Below, piece after piece: positions 28,140 to 39,445 of a stretch of DNA of 64,000 nucleotides (position 1 is its first letter; every line of letters starts with the position of its first letter). The DNA is from Octopus bimaculoides (taxonomy: Eukaryota): contig NC_068988.1 of the NCBI RefSeq assembly GCF_001194135.2, forward strand, positions 21,073,701 through 21,137,700, in the 5' to 3' direction. The notes beneath the pieces were generated by a model. It had not been told where the DNA came from, made no database searches, and worked only from the letters and a program-made list of their open reading frames with translations. The translations under genes and the position numbers were made by a program.

Positions 28140-28893
28140 GTGAGACATCAACTACATCCTTTTAGGGTCAATGAAATAAGAACCGGCCTAATGTTGAGAT
28201 TGATTTCATTTACTGATTGTTTCCAGAAAATACATTACCTTATGCATCGTTAGAAAATAATCACCATTATCATTATCATCATTGTCATTGTTATCATCAG
28301 CACCACCACCAGCTTCTTTTCTTCTTCTTCTTCTCATTGTTATTGAGTGAGAGAGCAGTGCATACCATCAAAGTGAAACTGGGGTAAAATATACGAAGCC
28401 CAGTATATCCATCATGACTACCCGTCTGATAAGGGTGCACTAGGCACATGCATCACAACCATATGTACGCGACATGGCGATCTCATATCAAGATTAACAG
28501 CGCATGACCTTGCAGATGGGGCCCAGTTAGAATTATCTTCAGATTGAGTAGCCCATCCCTTTCAAAAGGTCCCTGAATAAGGNNNNNNNNNNNNNNNNNN
28601 NNNNNNNNNNNNNNNNNNNNNNNNNNNNNNNNNNNNNNNNNNNNNNNNNNNNNNNNNNNNNNNNNNNCCCCACTACTTCTGCTCGTGATCAGAGATGCAC
28701 ATATGATCAACCACCAAGGGACATTTCTCAACTGGTTACGGTCAAACAACTGACAAGCAAATCTGTGGTATTGAGCAGAATATTTGCTGTAGCCCATCTT
28801 TTATACCAAGACAAAGCAATGTACATGATAACACTTCCAATCAGTTAAGATGAGAAGCCATGAAAGCCATTGCCTGGTACTGCATCAGAGCAT

Positions 28894-28952
<59 letters not shown>

Positions 28953-29206
28953 TTTATTAAGGCAGTGAGCTTGTAGAATCATTAGCATGCCAGGCAAAAT
29001 GCTTAGTGGCATTCCATCTTAATGTTCTGAGTTCAAATTCCATGGAGGTTGACTTTGCCTTTCATCTTTTCAGGCTCGATGAAATAAGTACCAGTTATGC
29101 ACTGGGCTTGATGTAATTGACTAGTCTCCTCCCTCCATATTTCAAGTCTTGTGCCTATAGTAGAAAGGACTATTATTATTATCATTATTATTATTTCATT
29201 TTACAG

Positions 29207-29254
29207 AGGTTTGTTCCCAAGGTACTGAAGCAATTATGAAATTCCTTTGCTCAG
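29207..29254 (+). CDS. LRSAM1: LRSAM1 exon 8 (LRR C-cap)
   Basis: (E)VCSQGTEAIMKFLCS (human EVCGAGTAAILQFLCK); ttttacag / GTGAGA; 48 nt. Confidence 0.94.
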
Positions 29255-29968
29255 GTGAGACTAATCTTCAATTTGTTTTTTCCCCCCCCATTTTCTTTTT
29301 CCAAATTTCAGTTTATAATTTCAAATAAAGAATTGAAATAGACAAGGAGATGCAATGTCACAGCCCACCTCCTGGATCATTAATAGTAAATTCTCTTATC
29401 ATGCAAACAAAGATTTGGACTCTTTCTACTGTTTTCAATACTAGTTTATAATTAATTTTGTTAGCATTTGCTATTAGAGAGCAACAGTGTCATAATTATC
29501 TTAACCCATTACCTCCCATAATTCTATTAACTGGAATTTTTTTTATGAAACTTTGATTTCTAGCATAAAACAGCCTTAGAAACACGCTGGAATGATCAAA
29601 ATAACATTTCAAAATAACATTTTAAATAGAAATAAGCGAGATATTGGGTGAAAAATTAGCAAACCTCATTTGAATATCAGAGAAATCTACTTAGTAGATA
29701 TAGCAAAAAGGTTAGATATGTGTAAATATTGACAGATAATTACGAAATTTGTAATTTTTAAGTGATCTCATATGAGATCATTGGTAGGTAATGGATTAAT
29801 AAGATGAGTGGTTAACATGTGAGAGACTGTTTGTAGAAGTGGTCATAGTTACCAGAATGATTTTGGAAAGAAACAACAGGATTAACTGCAAAATAGATGC
29901 CACTGTCACTATGAGAGCAACTGCTAGCCGAAAAGGTGCCCTTTAAATGTCATGTATATGGCCTAGGT

Positions 29969-30238
29969 CAGGGGTTTTCAAACTGTGGTCCGCGGACCAC
30001 AGGGGGTCCGTAAGGACAAGACAGGGGGTCCGTGGACAGCAAATACTTTTTATGGGCAATTTGATTTTATATATGTTTTTTAATTGAAATCTTTTAATTG
30101 ACAATAAACCTATTCTGTTAAATACTGTTAAATAAATAAATGTAAAAATATATGTTATTTTAAGCAAATATTTATGTATAAATTTCATAAGCCTGAAATA
30201 TAAAGGGGTCTGCAAGTCAAAAAGTTTGAAAACCCCTG
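29969..30238 (-). mobile_element. hAT MITE family copy 2 (inverted)
   Basis: CAGGGGTTTTCAAACT TIRs; reverse complement of copies 1 and 3; TSD diverged. Confidence 0.88.
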
Positions 30239-30507
30239 ATATAGAGATATGTATTGCTTAATCTTTTTGATACCAACAGATCACCTCATGGTTCTATGAT
30301 ACAAACTTTTTAAGTGGTATAAATTAGAGCCTTCAAAATTTCATGTTAATTTATGTTCCAAACACCAATGACAAGGTAGTTTACTAAATTCTTCATTATT
30401 TTCAAAATTAATTGAAACAAATTCAGTGTATTAAAAGGGTTGAAGTGAGTGTATCTATTCCTCTTGAAATATTATTTAACCGAATCTGTTATTTCCAATT
30501 TCATCAG

Positions 30508-30641
30508 AATCTGGAGAAGAATACATACCTCCATCACAGTTTCTACTCCAAGTGTTGGATTCCTCAGAAAAGAAACACCAAATGTCCAGTACATTTAGTG
30601 ACCATTCTGTAAAACTTTTACAAGAAGATGCATTGATGATG
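30508..30641 (+). CDS. LRSAM1: LRSAM1 exon 9
   Basis: (E)SGEEYIPPSQFLLQVLDSSEKK...QEDALMM (human ESGLEYYPPSQYLLPILE); tcatcag / GTCAGT; 134 nt, phase 1-0. Confidence 0.92.
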
Positions 30642-30952
30642 GTCAGTATTTAAGTTCTCTTGATTTCTGTGTGCGTGTATTATAAATGTATATGGGTATA
30701 TATGAGCATATTTTAAAACAAAAAATGCAAATATTTAAAAAAAAATTACAAAGCAAAGACACAAACTGACGCCTTTGAACAAAAATACCGTTTGCGCTTT
30801 TGTTTTGCCCGAGTTACATAGCCAATCCTTGTTACTTTTGTGGTATGTTGTAAATTCAGAGAAGCAGTGATTGATCCACTGTAAACATGTACCCAACAAT
30901 GGTTTTGTTCTCAAAATGCAATATAAAATATATAAATAATTCACACATACAT

Positions 30953-31008
30953 TATTTACATTTGACGGATATTTGTCCTCATCTTGTTTGCTGTTAACAC
31001 AACGTTAA

Positions 31009-31060
<52 letters not shown>

Positions 31061-31215
31061 TACATTGAAAAATACGTTAGGAATGAGAAACCAGGTTTGA
31101 AATTTTCCCAAGGCACCTGATGAAGGCTGGAGGGTATATCAACCAAAACGTTGTGTTAACAGCAAACAAATTAAGGACAAATATCTGTCAAATGTAAATA
31201 ATGTACATAATTCCT
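30953..31215 (+). mobile_element. Penelope-like element pseudo-LTR remnant with an inverted partial copy and a decayed minimal hammerhead motif
   Basis: 54-bp inverted repeat (30953-31006 vs 31147-31200, 4 mismatches); GGCAC-CTGATGA-AGGCTG..CAACC-AAAA-CGTT-GTGTT at 31112-31157. Confidence 0.72.
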
Positions 31216-31729
31216 CATCTCTTAAATATAGAATTGTAATACACACATACTCATACATACACCTCTCTCTCTATTTTCCATTTTCCTCATCTGTTTGTCA
31301 AAATTCAACATCTGAATATACTTTCTGTATATTATACATATGTTTTGTGTTTGTGTTAAGCTGAGGCATAAATCAGTTTGTAAAAAAATATATATTTTAA
31401 GTACCATTGAGTAGCACCACGTTTCTGCACTAGATTCTTCAACTCAATTTCATTTCTCAGTCTTTTAATATTTCACTTCATATGTGAATTTCTTAACAAC
31501 ACAGCCATTTCTATACTCTGTCTAGTCACCAATTTATATTTTTTTCTTATCATAAATGGTCTAGCTGCTAATGCTGTCTCCCCATTTTGCATTGGATTAA
31601 TAAATGTTGATCATTTATTAACTTTGACGTATATTTTTTTGTGTCAAACTCATAATATTAGTAGAGACTTGTTCCATCTTTCTGACATTGTTTGAATTCA
31701 TCTCATTCTGTGGTTTCTTTTACTTACAG

Positions 31730-31759
31730 CAAGATATTGAGAAATACGCTAACTTACAG
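31730..31759 (+). CDS. LRSAM1: LRSAM1 exon 10 (30-nt microexon)
   Basis: QDIEKYANLQ; pyrimidine tract + tacttacag / GTGAGT; keeps frame and corresponds positionally to human WQNRFSDYE. Confidence 0.8.
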
Positions 31760-31969
31760 GTGAGTAAAACGTTACTTCTATTTGTATTATTTACGAGCCA
31801 CTGATAACTGAATCACTTACTGAATGACAAGCTGATGTCAGTGGGTGGGTTTGGTCATCTACATGATGACTAGACATGGTAGATATGGCAGATAAATCTC
31901 TCACTCTCAAGTCACACATCATATTGTTTGAAAAAGGAAGGACACTTTAGATAATGTAGTATCTAAGAG

Positions 31970-33248
31970 CAAAGGTGGGCACTGTTAATTGAAAGCTTAA
32001 CTTTGTTAACCATTAAACCATTAACCAAAAAGTGAACTTCGATAACTGTTAACCAGTTAATTCTTTAAAAATGTAACAGAAGTTATCGATAAATGGTTAA
32101 CATTAATTTTTATTATAGAAAAAAACAAAAAATCAGTTTTTGCTCTAAAACCACCTAAAAACACCTTTTAAAAGTGCCAAAACTATAAAATCAGCCTTTT
32201 TTGGTCTTTTTAAGAGCTTCAGAACTCAAAAACTATAGTTTTGTTTTGTCTTAGAGTTAAAAATGCTGATTTTATAGTTTTAACTTTTAAAAGACCTAAA
32301 AAAAGGCTAATTTCATAGTTTGGGCCCTTTTTAAGGTTTTTAAATGCTTTTAGAGCCAGAAAAGGGTAAAAAAAGAAACTCAAATGCAACGCTATTAGTA
32401 TTAAACTAAAAAAGTTTATTGATAAAGTGGCCATAAAATTTTTTTGTTTTTAAATGAAAAACATGATATATACATAATTTAATTTTTCGTCTTCTCATTC
32501 TCCATTTTGTTCATGAGATGCATGTTTCTCTTCATGAAAATTACCATGTCAAAGTTTTTCATCAGACAGGGATGATCTCTTGACCCTCAAGATGTCCTTG
32601 CCCACAGAGAACAAATGCTCCACTGCAGCACAGGAGGGGTTGGCTATGTTAAACTTGATGAACAAGTCCACTAACACTTGCTCACCCATGAAAACAGCAT
32701 CTGTCAGGAAGCCCTTGGAGTTGGTCTCCAACCAGGTCTTGATCAGATTCTGGGCCTTGTCCTTGAGTGACCTGTGGCTCCTGCTGCTCTCTTTTGGCTG
32801 GGTGACACCATTGAAGAAATTTCCTCCTCCTCTTCATTGTTGCTGCCTCCACTGTTGCTGCTCACTTCATCAGACTGCTCCTTCATGGCCTCCTCGATCT
32901 TACCCTCCGTGTTTAGTGAACTTGGTGTTGTCATATTTATCCAACCAGATGAGACGAAACCTGGGTTGGAAGGCAGCAGCCAGCTGGCATTCCTCATCCC
33001 TCAGGAGGGTCCTAAACCTTTTGTCAAGAGTAGGTTGACCAAGGGGCTGCAGTAGACAAGGCCCTTGGACTTCAAGTCCTTGAGCCTAAAGATCGTCGCA
33101 GCAACTTGCGTTAACAGAAACTAAATGTAATGGAAGTTAACTAGTCTGATAATGATTTCCAAAGTCAACTTAAAAGTTATATCGTTAACGAAAATGTTAA
33201 CTTCATTAATTAATGATTAATGGATTAATGGTTTGGTACCCAGGTTTG
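31970..33248 (-). mobile_element. Internally deleted hAT DNA transposon with transposase pseudogene (about 32549-33040)
   Basis: Minus-strand LDKRFRTLLRDEECQLAAAFQPRFRLIWL, and after frameshifts LFIKFNIANPSCAAVEHLFSVGKDILRVKRSSLSDEKL (hAT C-terminal dimerisation motif). Degenerate TIR CAAAGGTGGGCAC / CAAACCTGGGTAC; TTAAC-rich subterminal arrays at both ends. Confidence 0.85.
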
Positions 33249-33894
33249 TCAGAGATACCACAATATCTGAAAATAAGACAGAATAAGCCTAACTTGAGTG
33301 CTTTTGACTAGAGGACTGCTTGATCAGGGCTGACCTGGGATTGAACAACAACAACAACTTATTGATTGAGTCATAGGGAGCTGCTGTATATTTGCTTAAC
33401 CAGCTCGATATAGCAGCCAATGCTTCTTTGATAAATATCTTATAATCTTATATCATTATAATGTGGGTGAATGTTAGAATTACATAAATACACGTATTGT
33501 GTTTATTAAATGATATTTATCTCTTACCAAATGGAGTACTTTTTTTGTTGATCTTACCATCACGGAACAATACATTATAAAGTAATAACCTTATAATGTG
33601 CACTTCAAAGGTCCTCTACAGTTATTGGCTACCATATGCTACCTTACAGCAGGCGTACTCCTTTTACTGGATACACATGTGGAAATCTGTTAGTGTACAC
33701 AGAATTCATACAAAAAAATTATAAAACAAGAAGATGAAATGAACAGTCTTTAACCCAGACCTACATCAAAGTACCTATCTATAGTCATCTAGTCCTCTCT
33801 TGTGTACAACTATTGAATATGTTCAATAAATTTTGCTATTTTGTGAAAGGCCAAACACTAAAAATAACATTGGTCAATTTTCTATTTGCCACAG

Positions 33895-34017
33895 GAAAAG
33901 AAACGTCAAGAACGAATGGCATTTAACCGCCAGTATGAGGAGGACGAGAAGAAATTTGCCAAGATGGCAGCTTCAGCACTAAAAGAGAAAGACCATTTAG
34001 TATCAACTATTGCACAA
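33895..34017 (+). CDS. LRSAM1: LRSAM1 exon 11 (coiled coil)
   Basis: EKKRQERMAFNRQYEEDEKKFAKMAASALKEKDHLVSTIAQ; gccacag / GTAGGT; 123 nt. Confidence 0.9.
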
Positions 34018-34287
34018 GTAGGTCTCATTTGTCCTTAACATTTCTTAAATGGTCATTCTTTTATTCTTTTTACTCATTTCAGTCATTTGACTGCAACCAT
34101 GCTAGAGCATTGCCTTGAAGGGCTTTTTTTTTTTAGTTGAACAAATTGACCCCAGAACTTATTTTTTTAAAGCCTAGTACTTATTCTATCAGTCTCTTTT
34201 GCTGAACTGCTAAGTTAGAGGGACATAAACACACCAACGCCAGTTGTCAAGCGCTGATGGAGGAACAAACACAGACACAAAGACAAT

Positions 34288-34341
<54 letters not shown>

Positions 34342-34952
34342 TGATGATATATGACAGGCTTTTTTCAGTTTCCACTCTTGAGGCTTTGATTGGCCCAAGC
34401 CTGTAGTAGAAGATACTTGCCCAAGGTGCCACACAGTGGGACTGAACCTAGAATCATGTGGTTGGGAAGCAAATTTCTTACCACACAGCCACACCTGCAT
34501 CATTCATTTAATTTTTCATCTAATTGCATATGTACAGTCTAGGCAACTGTACATATACAGATATGTGCTTCATCATCATCATCATCATCATTTAAGGTCT
34601 GTTTTTCATGCTGGCATGAGTTGGATGGTTTAACAAAGGCTGGCTAAGCAGAAGACTGCACCAGGTTTCACTGTCTTTTTTAGCAGGATTTTTACAGCTG
34701 GATACCCTTCCCAATACCAACCACCTTACAAAGTGGACTTTTTATCACATCCACTTACAAGGCTTTCGTTGACCCAGAACTGTAATAGAAGACACTTGTC
34801 CAAGGTGCCTTGCAGTGGGTCTAAACCTGGAACCACATGGTTGTAAAACAGTCCAACTTGAATTATGTCACCGTATGACAAATCAATGAAGTCCGTGTTA
34901 TGTATTTTTCAGAAAATTCAAAGCTTTCTTTATCACTTTCTCCTCCTTCAAG

Positions 34953-35040
34953 GAACAGATTAAACTTAATGAAGACCTGGCAGAACTCAGCAACAAAAAG
35001 GAACTTGACCGGCAGAATTTGGTCACGTGTCTAGAGGACA
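34953..35040 (+). CDS. LRSAM1: LRSAM1 exon 12 (coiled coil)
   Basis: EQIKLNEDLAELSNKKELDRQNLVTCLED; ccttcaag / GTAAGT; 88 nt. An alternative in-frame CAG acceptor 6 nt downstream is possible. Confidence 0.88.
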
Positions 35041-35109
35041 GTAAGTTGGTTTATTGAATTAACCTTGATGGACCCTTACCTTCACCCTAAATTTGTCACT
35101 GCATTTGTT

Positions 35110-35420
35110 GCTAACTCTCACTTTATTTATTGCATCTTTGTACATAGCTTGTACAACCCTCACAAACCATTTGTCAACACGAGCTTCTTGAGTGACCACC
35201 AAATTACTGAATACAGTACAATGTCAAATGCTTTCACCAAGTCAACAAATTCCAGGAATGGTAGATTACTTTCAGCCGAGTATTTCTCCTCCTGCTGCCT
35301 CACTGGAAAGATTGCATCCTTGGTAGTTCTTTCACACATGAAGCTAAACTGCATCTCTTTTTTGTCACAGATCAATTGTGCTATGACTCGCTCTCTACAT
35401 GACCATTATAATCTCATGTA
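35110..35420 (-). mobile_element. RTE-clade LINE reverse transcriptase fragment
   Basis: EMQFSFMCERTTKDAIFPVRQQEEKY...FVDLVKAFDIVLYSVIWWSLKKL, resembling RT motifs QFGF..RST.DAIF / FVDLEKAFD. Confidence 0.88.
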
Positions 35421-35599
35421 GTATTTTGATTTCCCTATAATTTCCTCTTTCTAACACATCCCCTTTGCCTTTGTAGCAGTTTATGATGATTCTGCAGGTT
35501 TGTAAATGTTTTCCGCAGAGCTTGGTGAAGACATTTCATAGAAAACTTTGTGAGAGAAAAACTTATTTACTGTTTTGCCATTATTATTGTATATACTCA

Positions 35600-36251
35600 G
35601 TGGAAGCGCAATGGCCCAGTGGTTAAGGCAGCGGACTCGCGGTCAGAGGATCGCAGTTTCGATTCCCAGACCGGGCGTTGTGAGTGCTTATTGAGCGAAA
35701 ACAGCTAAAGCTCCACGAGGCTCCGTCAGGGGATGGTGGCGAACCCTGCTGTACTCTTTCACCACAACTTTCTCTCACTCTAACTTCCTGTTTCTGTTGT
35801 GCCTGAAATTCAAAGGGTCAGCCTTGTCACGCTGAATATCCCCGAGAACTACGTTAAGGGTACACGTGTCTGTGGAATGCTCAGCCACTTGCACGTTAAT
35901 TTCACGAGCAGGCTGTTCCGTTGATCAGATCAACTNNNNNNNNNNGCGTTGTGAGTGCTTATTGAGCGAAAACAGCTAAAGCTCCACGAGGCTCCGTCAG
36001 GGGATGGTGGCGAACCCTGCTGTACTCTTTCACCACAACTTTCTCTCACTCTAACTTCCTGTTTCTGTTGTGCCTGAAATTCAAAGGGTCAGCCTTGTCA
36101 CGCTGAATATCCCCGAGAACTACGTTAAGGGTACACGTGTCTGTGGAATGCTCAGCCACTTGCACGTTAATTTCACGAGCAGGCTGTTCCGTTGATCAGA
36201 TCAACTGGAACCCTCAACGTCGTAAGCGATGGAGTGCCAACAACAACAACA
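35600..36251 (+). mobile_element. tRNA-head SINE, family D, (CAA)n tail; internally duplicated across a gap
   Basis: A box TGGCCCAGTGG, B box GTTTCGATTCC; 14-bp TSD ATTGTATATACTCA (35586-35599, 36252-36265). Confidence 0.88.
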
Positions 36252-36343
36252 ATTGTATATACTCAATGTTATTGTATACACTGTCAAAGACTATCAGGTG
36301 TTACTGTTTCTATGTTGTCATTTAAAAACCTGTTGTATTCCAG

Positions 36344-36440
36344 TTGAGGAAAGGACCAACAGGCTGCTCAATGACCTCATGCAAATGAATGAAAAAGCCA
36401 GAAAACAAGAGGAATTAATGGAAGCCATTGAGAAAGAGAA
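36344..36440 (+). CDS. LRSAM1: LRSAM1 exon 13 (coiled coil)
   Basis: (I)EERTNRLLNDLMQMNEKARKQEELMEAIEKE; attccag / GTAAGT; 97 nt, phase 1-2. Confidence 0.92.
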
Positions 36441-36630
36441 GTAAGTAGTTTGCTCTATTTAATCTTATATTTCATTGTCTCATGTGGTTTTCTTCTTAAC
36501 ACACAGTATTTATCAGAAGGTCTGTGGTGGAAGAAGAGAGGTTTGTCTATGTATATGCGTGTGTGTGTGTGTTTTATCTGCTTATCTGTGTTTATGTGTC
36601 TATCTACCTGTATTTGTATTTGTCTGTCAA

Positions 36631-36961
36631 CGTGTAAGTGTATCTGTGTGTCTATGTATGTCTATATGTCAATGTGTAAGTGTATCTGTGTGTCTATGTA
36701 TGTCTATATGTCAATGTGTATCTGTCAGTGTATGTGTTTAGNNNNNNNNNNNNNNNNNNNNNNNNNNNNNNNNNNNNNNNNNNNNNNNNNNNNNNNNNNN
36801 NNNNNNNNNNNNNNNNNNNNNNNNNNNNNNNNNNNNNNNNNNNNNNNNNNNCGTGTAAGTGTATCTGTGTGTCTATGTATGTCTATATGTCAATGTGTAA
36901 GTGTATCTGTGTGTCTATGTATGTCTATATGTCAATGTGTATCTGTCAGTGTATGTGTTTA
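36631..36961. repeat. 42-bp tandem repeat (gtgtaagtgtatctgtgtgtctatgtatgtctatatgtcaat) spanning gap 36742-36851
   Basis: Units at 36632 and 36674; the same pattern resumes after the gap. Confidence 0.85.
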
Positions 36962-37105
36962 GACATTGCATAATACTCAGACACATGGCATATCATTTTT
37001 ATACCATATGTTTCTGAACCTCTGCTATCTATGTTTAAGAAATATCATGAATTTGAAGCCGATACGGTATGGAGATTGCAGGCTCTGGTTGACAGTGGAC
37101 CTTAA

Positions 37106-37325
37106 CCCTTTAACATTTAAACTGGCCATATCTGATCCTAATATTCTACTTGTTATATGTTCAGACTGGCCAGATCCAACCTCTTACACCTACCCTACAA
37201 TGTCATTCTAAAAATAAATAATCTCATCATTGAAATCCCAAAGTCATGAGATATGCATGATTAATTGAAAACAATGTGAGTAAATATGCATTAGATTCGT
37301 CAGAGTAATCTGAATGCTAAAGGCT
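37106..37325. mobile_element. TTAA-flanked MITE, second copy
   Basis: TTAA|CCCTTTAACATTTAAAC...AATGCTAAAGG; colinear with 10812-11046. Confidence 0.7.
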
Positions 37326-39023
37326 CAAACTGAGGCTCAGTGTCTTCACCTTGTGACTTCTTTTTGGTTGCATCAAATGTAATCAACATTTGATGCAGTT
37401 GAGATGGTTGGGTGGTAGTTTGAGCAACTACAGTTAGAAAGGAAACAATGCTGTTTAGGGTGGATATTGAGAACTGCAATTATGTTTCATACTAATGTAT
37501 TCACTCTCCTTACACACTCTTGAGAACTTACTTACCTACCAGTCAACTAGTCCAACCCTCTCTATCACTCCTTTCATATTTGCCGTCCTGTAACTTGAGG
37601 ACATATGCTGACACATTATCTTCACCATCTTCTCTCTTTTCCAACTAGGGTAACCAGGTAGCTCACCTACTGGAAGACATCTGTTCCCATTCCTCTGTCA
37701 TACTTTATCCTCTCATCACTTGGCATAAAACCACCTCTCTCAGTACTATGCTCCACTCAGCTGAGGGGTCTCGTCTTGCAAGTTACTTAGTGACACCACT
37801 ACTGTTGGTGCCACATAAAAAGCACCCAGTACACTCTGTAAAAGCGGTTGGCATTAGGAAGGTCATCCAGCCTAGAAACCATGCCATGTAGACATTAGAG
37901 CTTGGTGCAGTCCTCTGGTATGCCAGCTCCTGTTGAACCATCCAGTCCATGCTGGCATGGAAAACAGATATTAAATGGTGATGTATTCAGTAGTTATTCA
38001 TGAGTAGGATTGTAACCATCTATAATCATCTATAGATACTTCCTATATTTCAAGGTTGGTTTTACACCTGCACATCATCATTATCATTTAATGTCCACTT
38101 TCCATAGTCTTTTCTGGGTTGGTTTATACAGCTGGATGCCCTTCCTAAGGGCAACCACTTTACAGAGTGCATTGGGTGCTTTTTATGTGGCACCAGCTCC
38201 AGTGCTTTTTCCGTGGTACCATCACCCTTCATGAGCAAGCATTACCAAGGTGGATATCGTATCACATATTGATATTCTGAGTGTTATTTTAGCAAGTTTA
38301 AAGTGATTTCTTTTGTACCATAAACCATTTACCTTTTCTATGGTTCACCCCCACTTCTTGATGTCCTGAGCACGTGCTTATTTTGCTTAATGGTTAATCC
38401 AATGTTGTTCTCCATCTATCATACTTTAGCCTTCAATACTTGGTATTAAGCCACCCTCACCCCCATTCGAATACACTCCTACTTACATGAGGGAGCTTTT
38501 TCCTTTTCCTTAAGGCTGGTAACATGGAAAAAAAGCACTGTAAAGTGCTTGGCATTAGGAAGGTTCTTCAGCTGTTGAAACCAAGCTGAAGCTGACATTG
38601 TGGTCTGAAGCTGCTCTGCTGTTCACCAGATCCTGTCAAACTGTCCAACCTATGCCAGCATGGAAAATGGATGTTAAATGGTGATGATGGTGATGATGAT
38701 ACAAATGTATTTGCTCCAGTTTACCTGATTGTCCAATGAACTCCACTTCAAGTTCATGAAAGAGAAGTACAGTGGCTAGAAGTTTCAAAGAGGTCCCAAA
38801 AAACACTGTCTCATAGAAAGAATGGCTATAAAACAGTAAAAATAATAAATAACTATATCAAATATACTTCTTTAATTATGAATAAGATTCAACTTTTGTT
38901 ATTGTTTGATTATATTTTATTAAAAGCATATTATAATCTGCTATGTCTTATAAAAGTTATCCAGTCTCAAGCATGTTACAATCTGAAATTGCATTTCTCA
39001 TTTTTGTCAATACTGTGTTGTAG

Positions 39024-39094
39024 GGATGAACAAGACCAATATTACATTGTGAGGTATGAAGAAATAGCCAATTTACGGAGAAAAGAAGTGCTGA
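39024..39094 (+). CDS. LRSAM1: LRSAM1 exon 14
   Basis: (K)DEQDQYYIVRYEEIANLRRKEVL (human EETESLRRRDVA); gttgtag / GTAAGT; 71 nt, phase 2-1. Confidence 0.9.
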
Positions 39095-39160
39095 GTAAGT
39101 TGTCTCATTATTTTTTTAATTGTAAATATGCACATACATCTGATACTCCGTCAGTTACAA

Positions 39161-39445
39161 CAGGGGTTTTCAAACTTTTTGACTTGCAGACCCCTTTATA
39201 TTTCAGGCTTTACCTCATAAACGCTTATGAAATTTATACATAAATATTTGCTTAAAATAACATATATTTTTACATTTATTTATTTAACAGTATTTAACAA
39301 ATAGGTTTATTGTCAATTAAAAGATTTTGATTAAAAAACATATATAAAATCAAATTGCCCATAAAAAGTATTTGCTGTCCACGGACCCCCTGTCTTGTCC
39401 TTGCGGATTCCCTGTGGTCCACGGACCACAGTTTGAAAACCCCTG
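39161..39445 (+). mobile_element. hAT MITE family copy 3
   Basis: CAGGGGTTTTCAAACT TIRs; TSD AGTTACAA / GGTTACAA (7 of 8 match). Confidence 0.9.
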
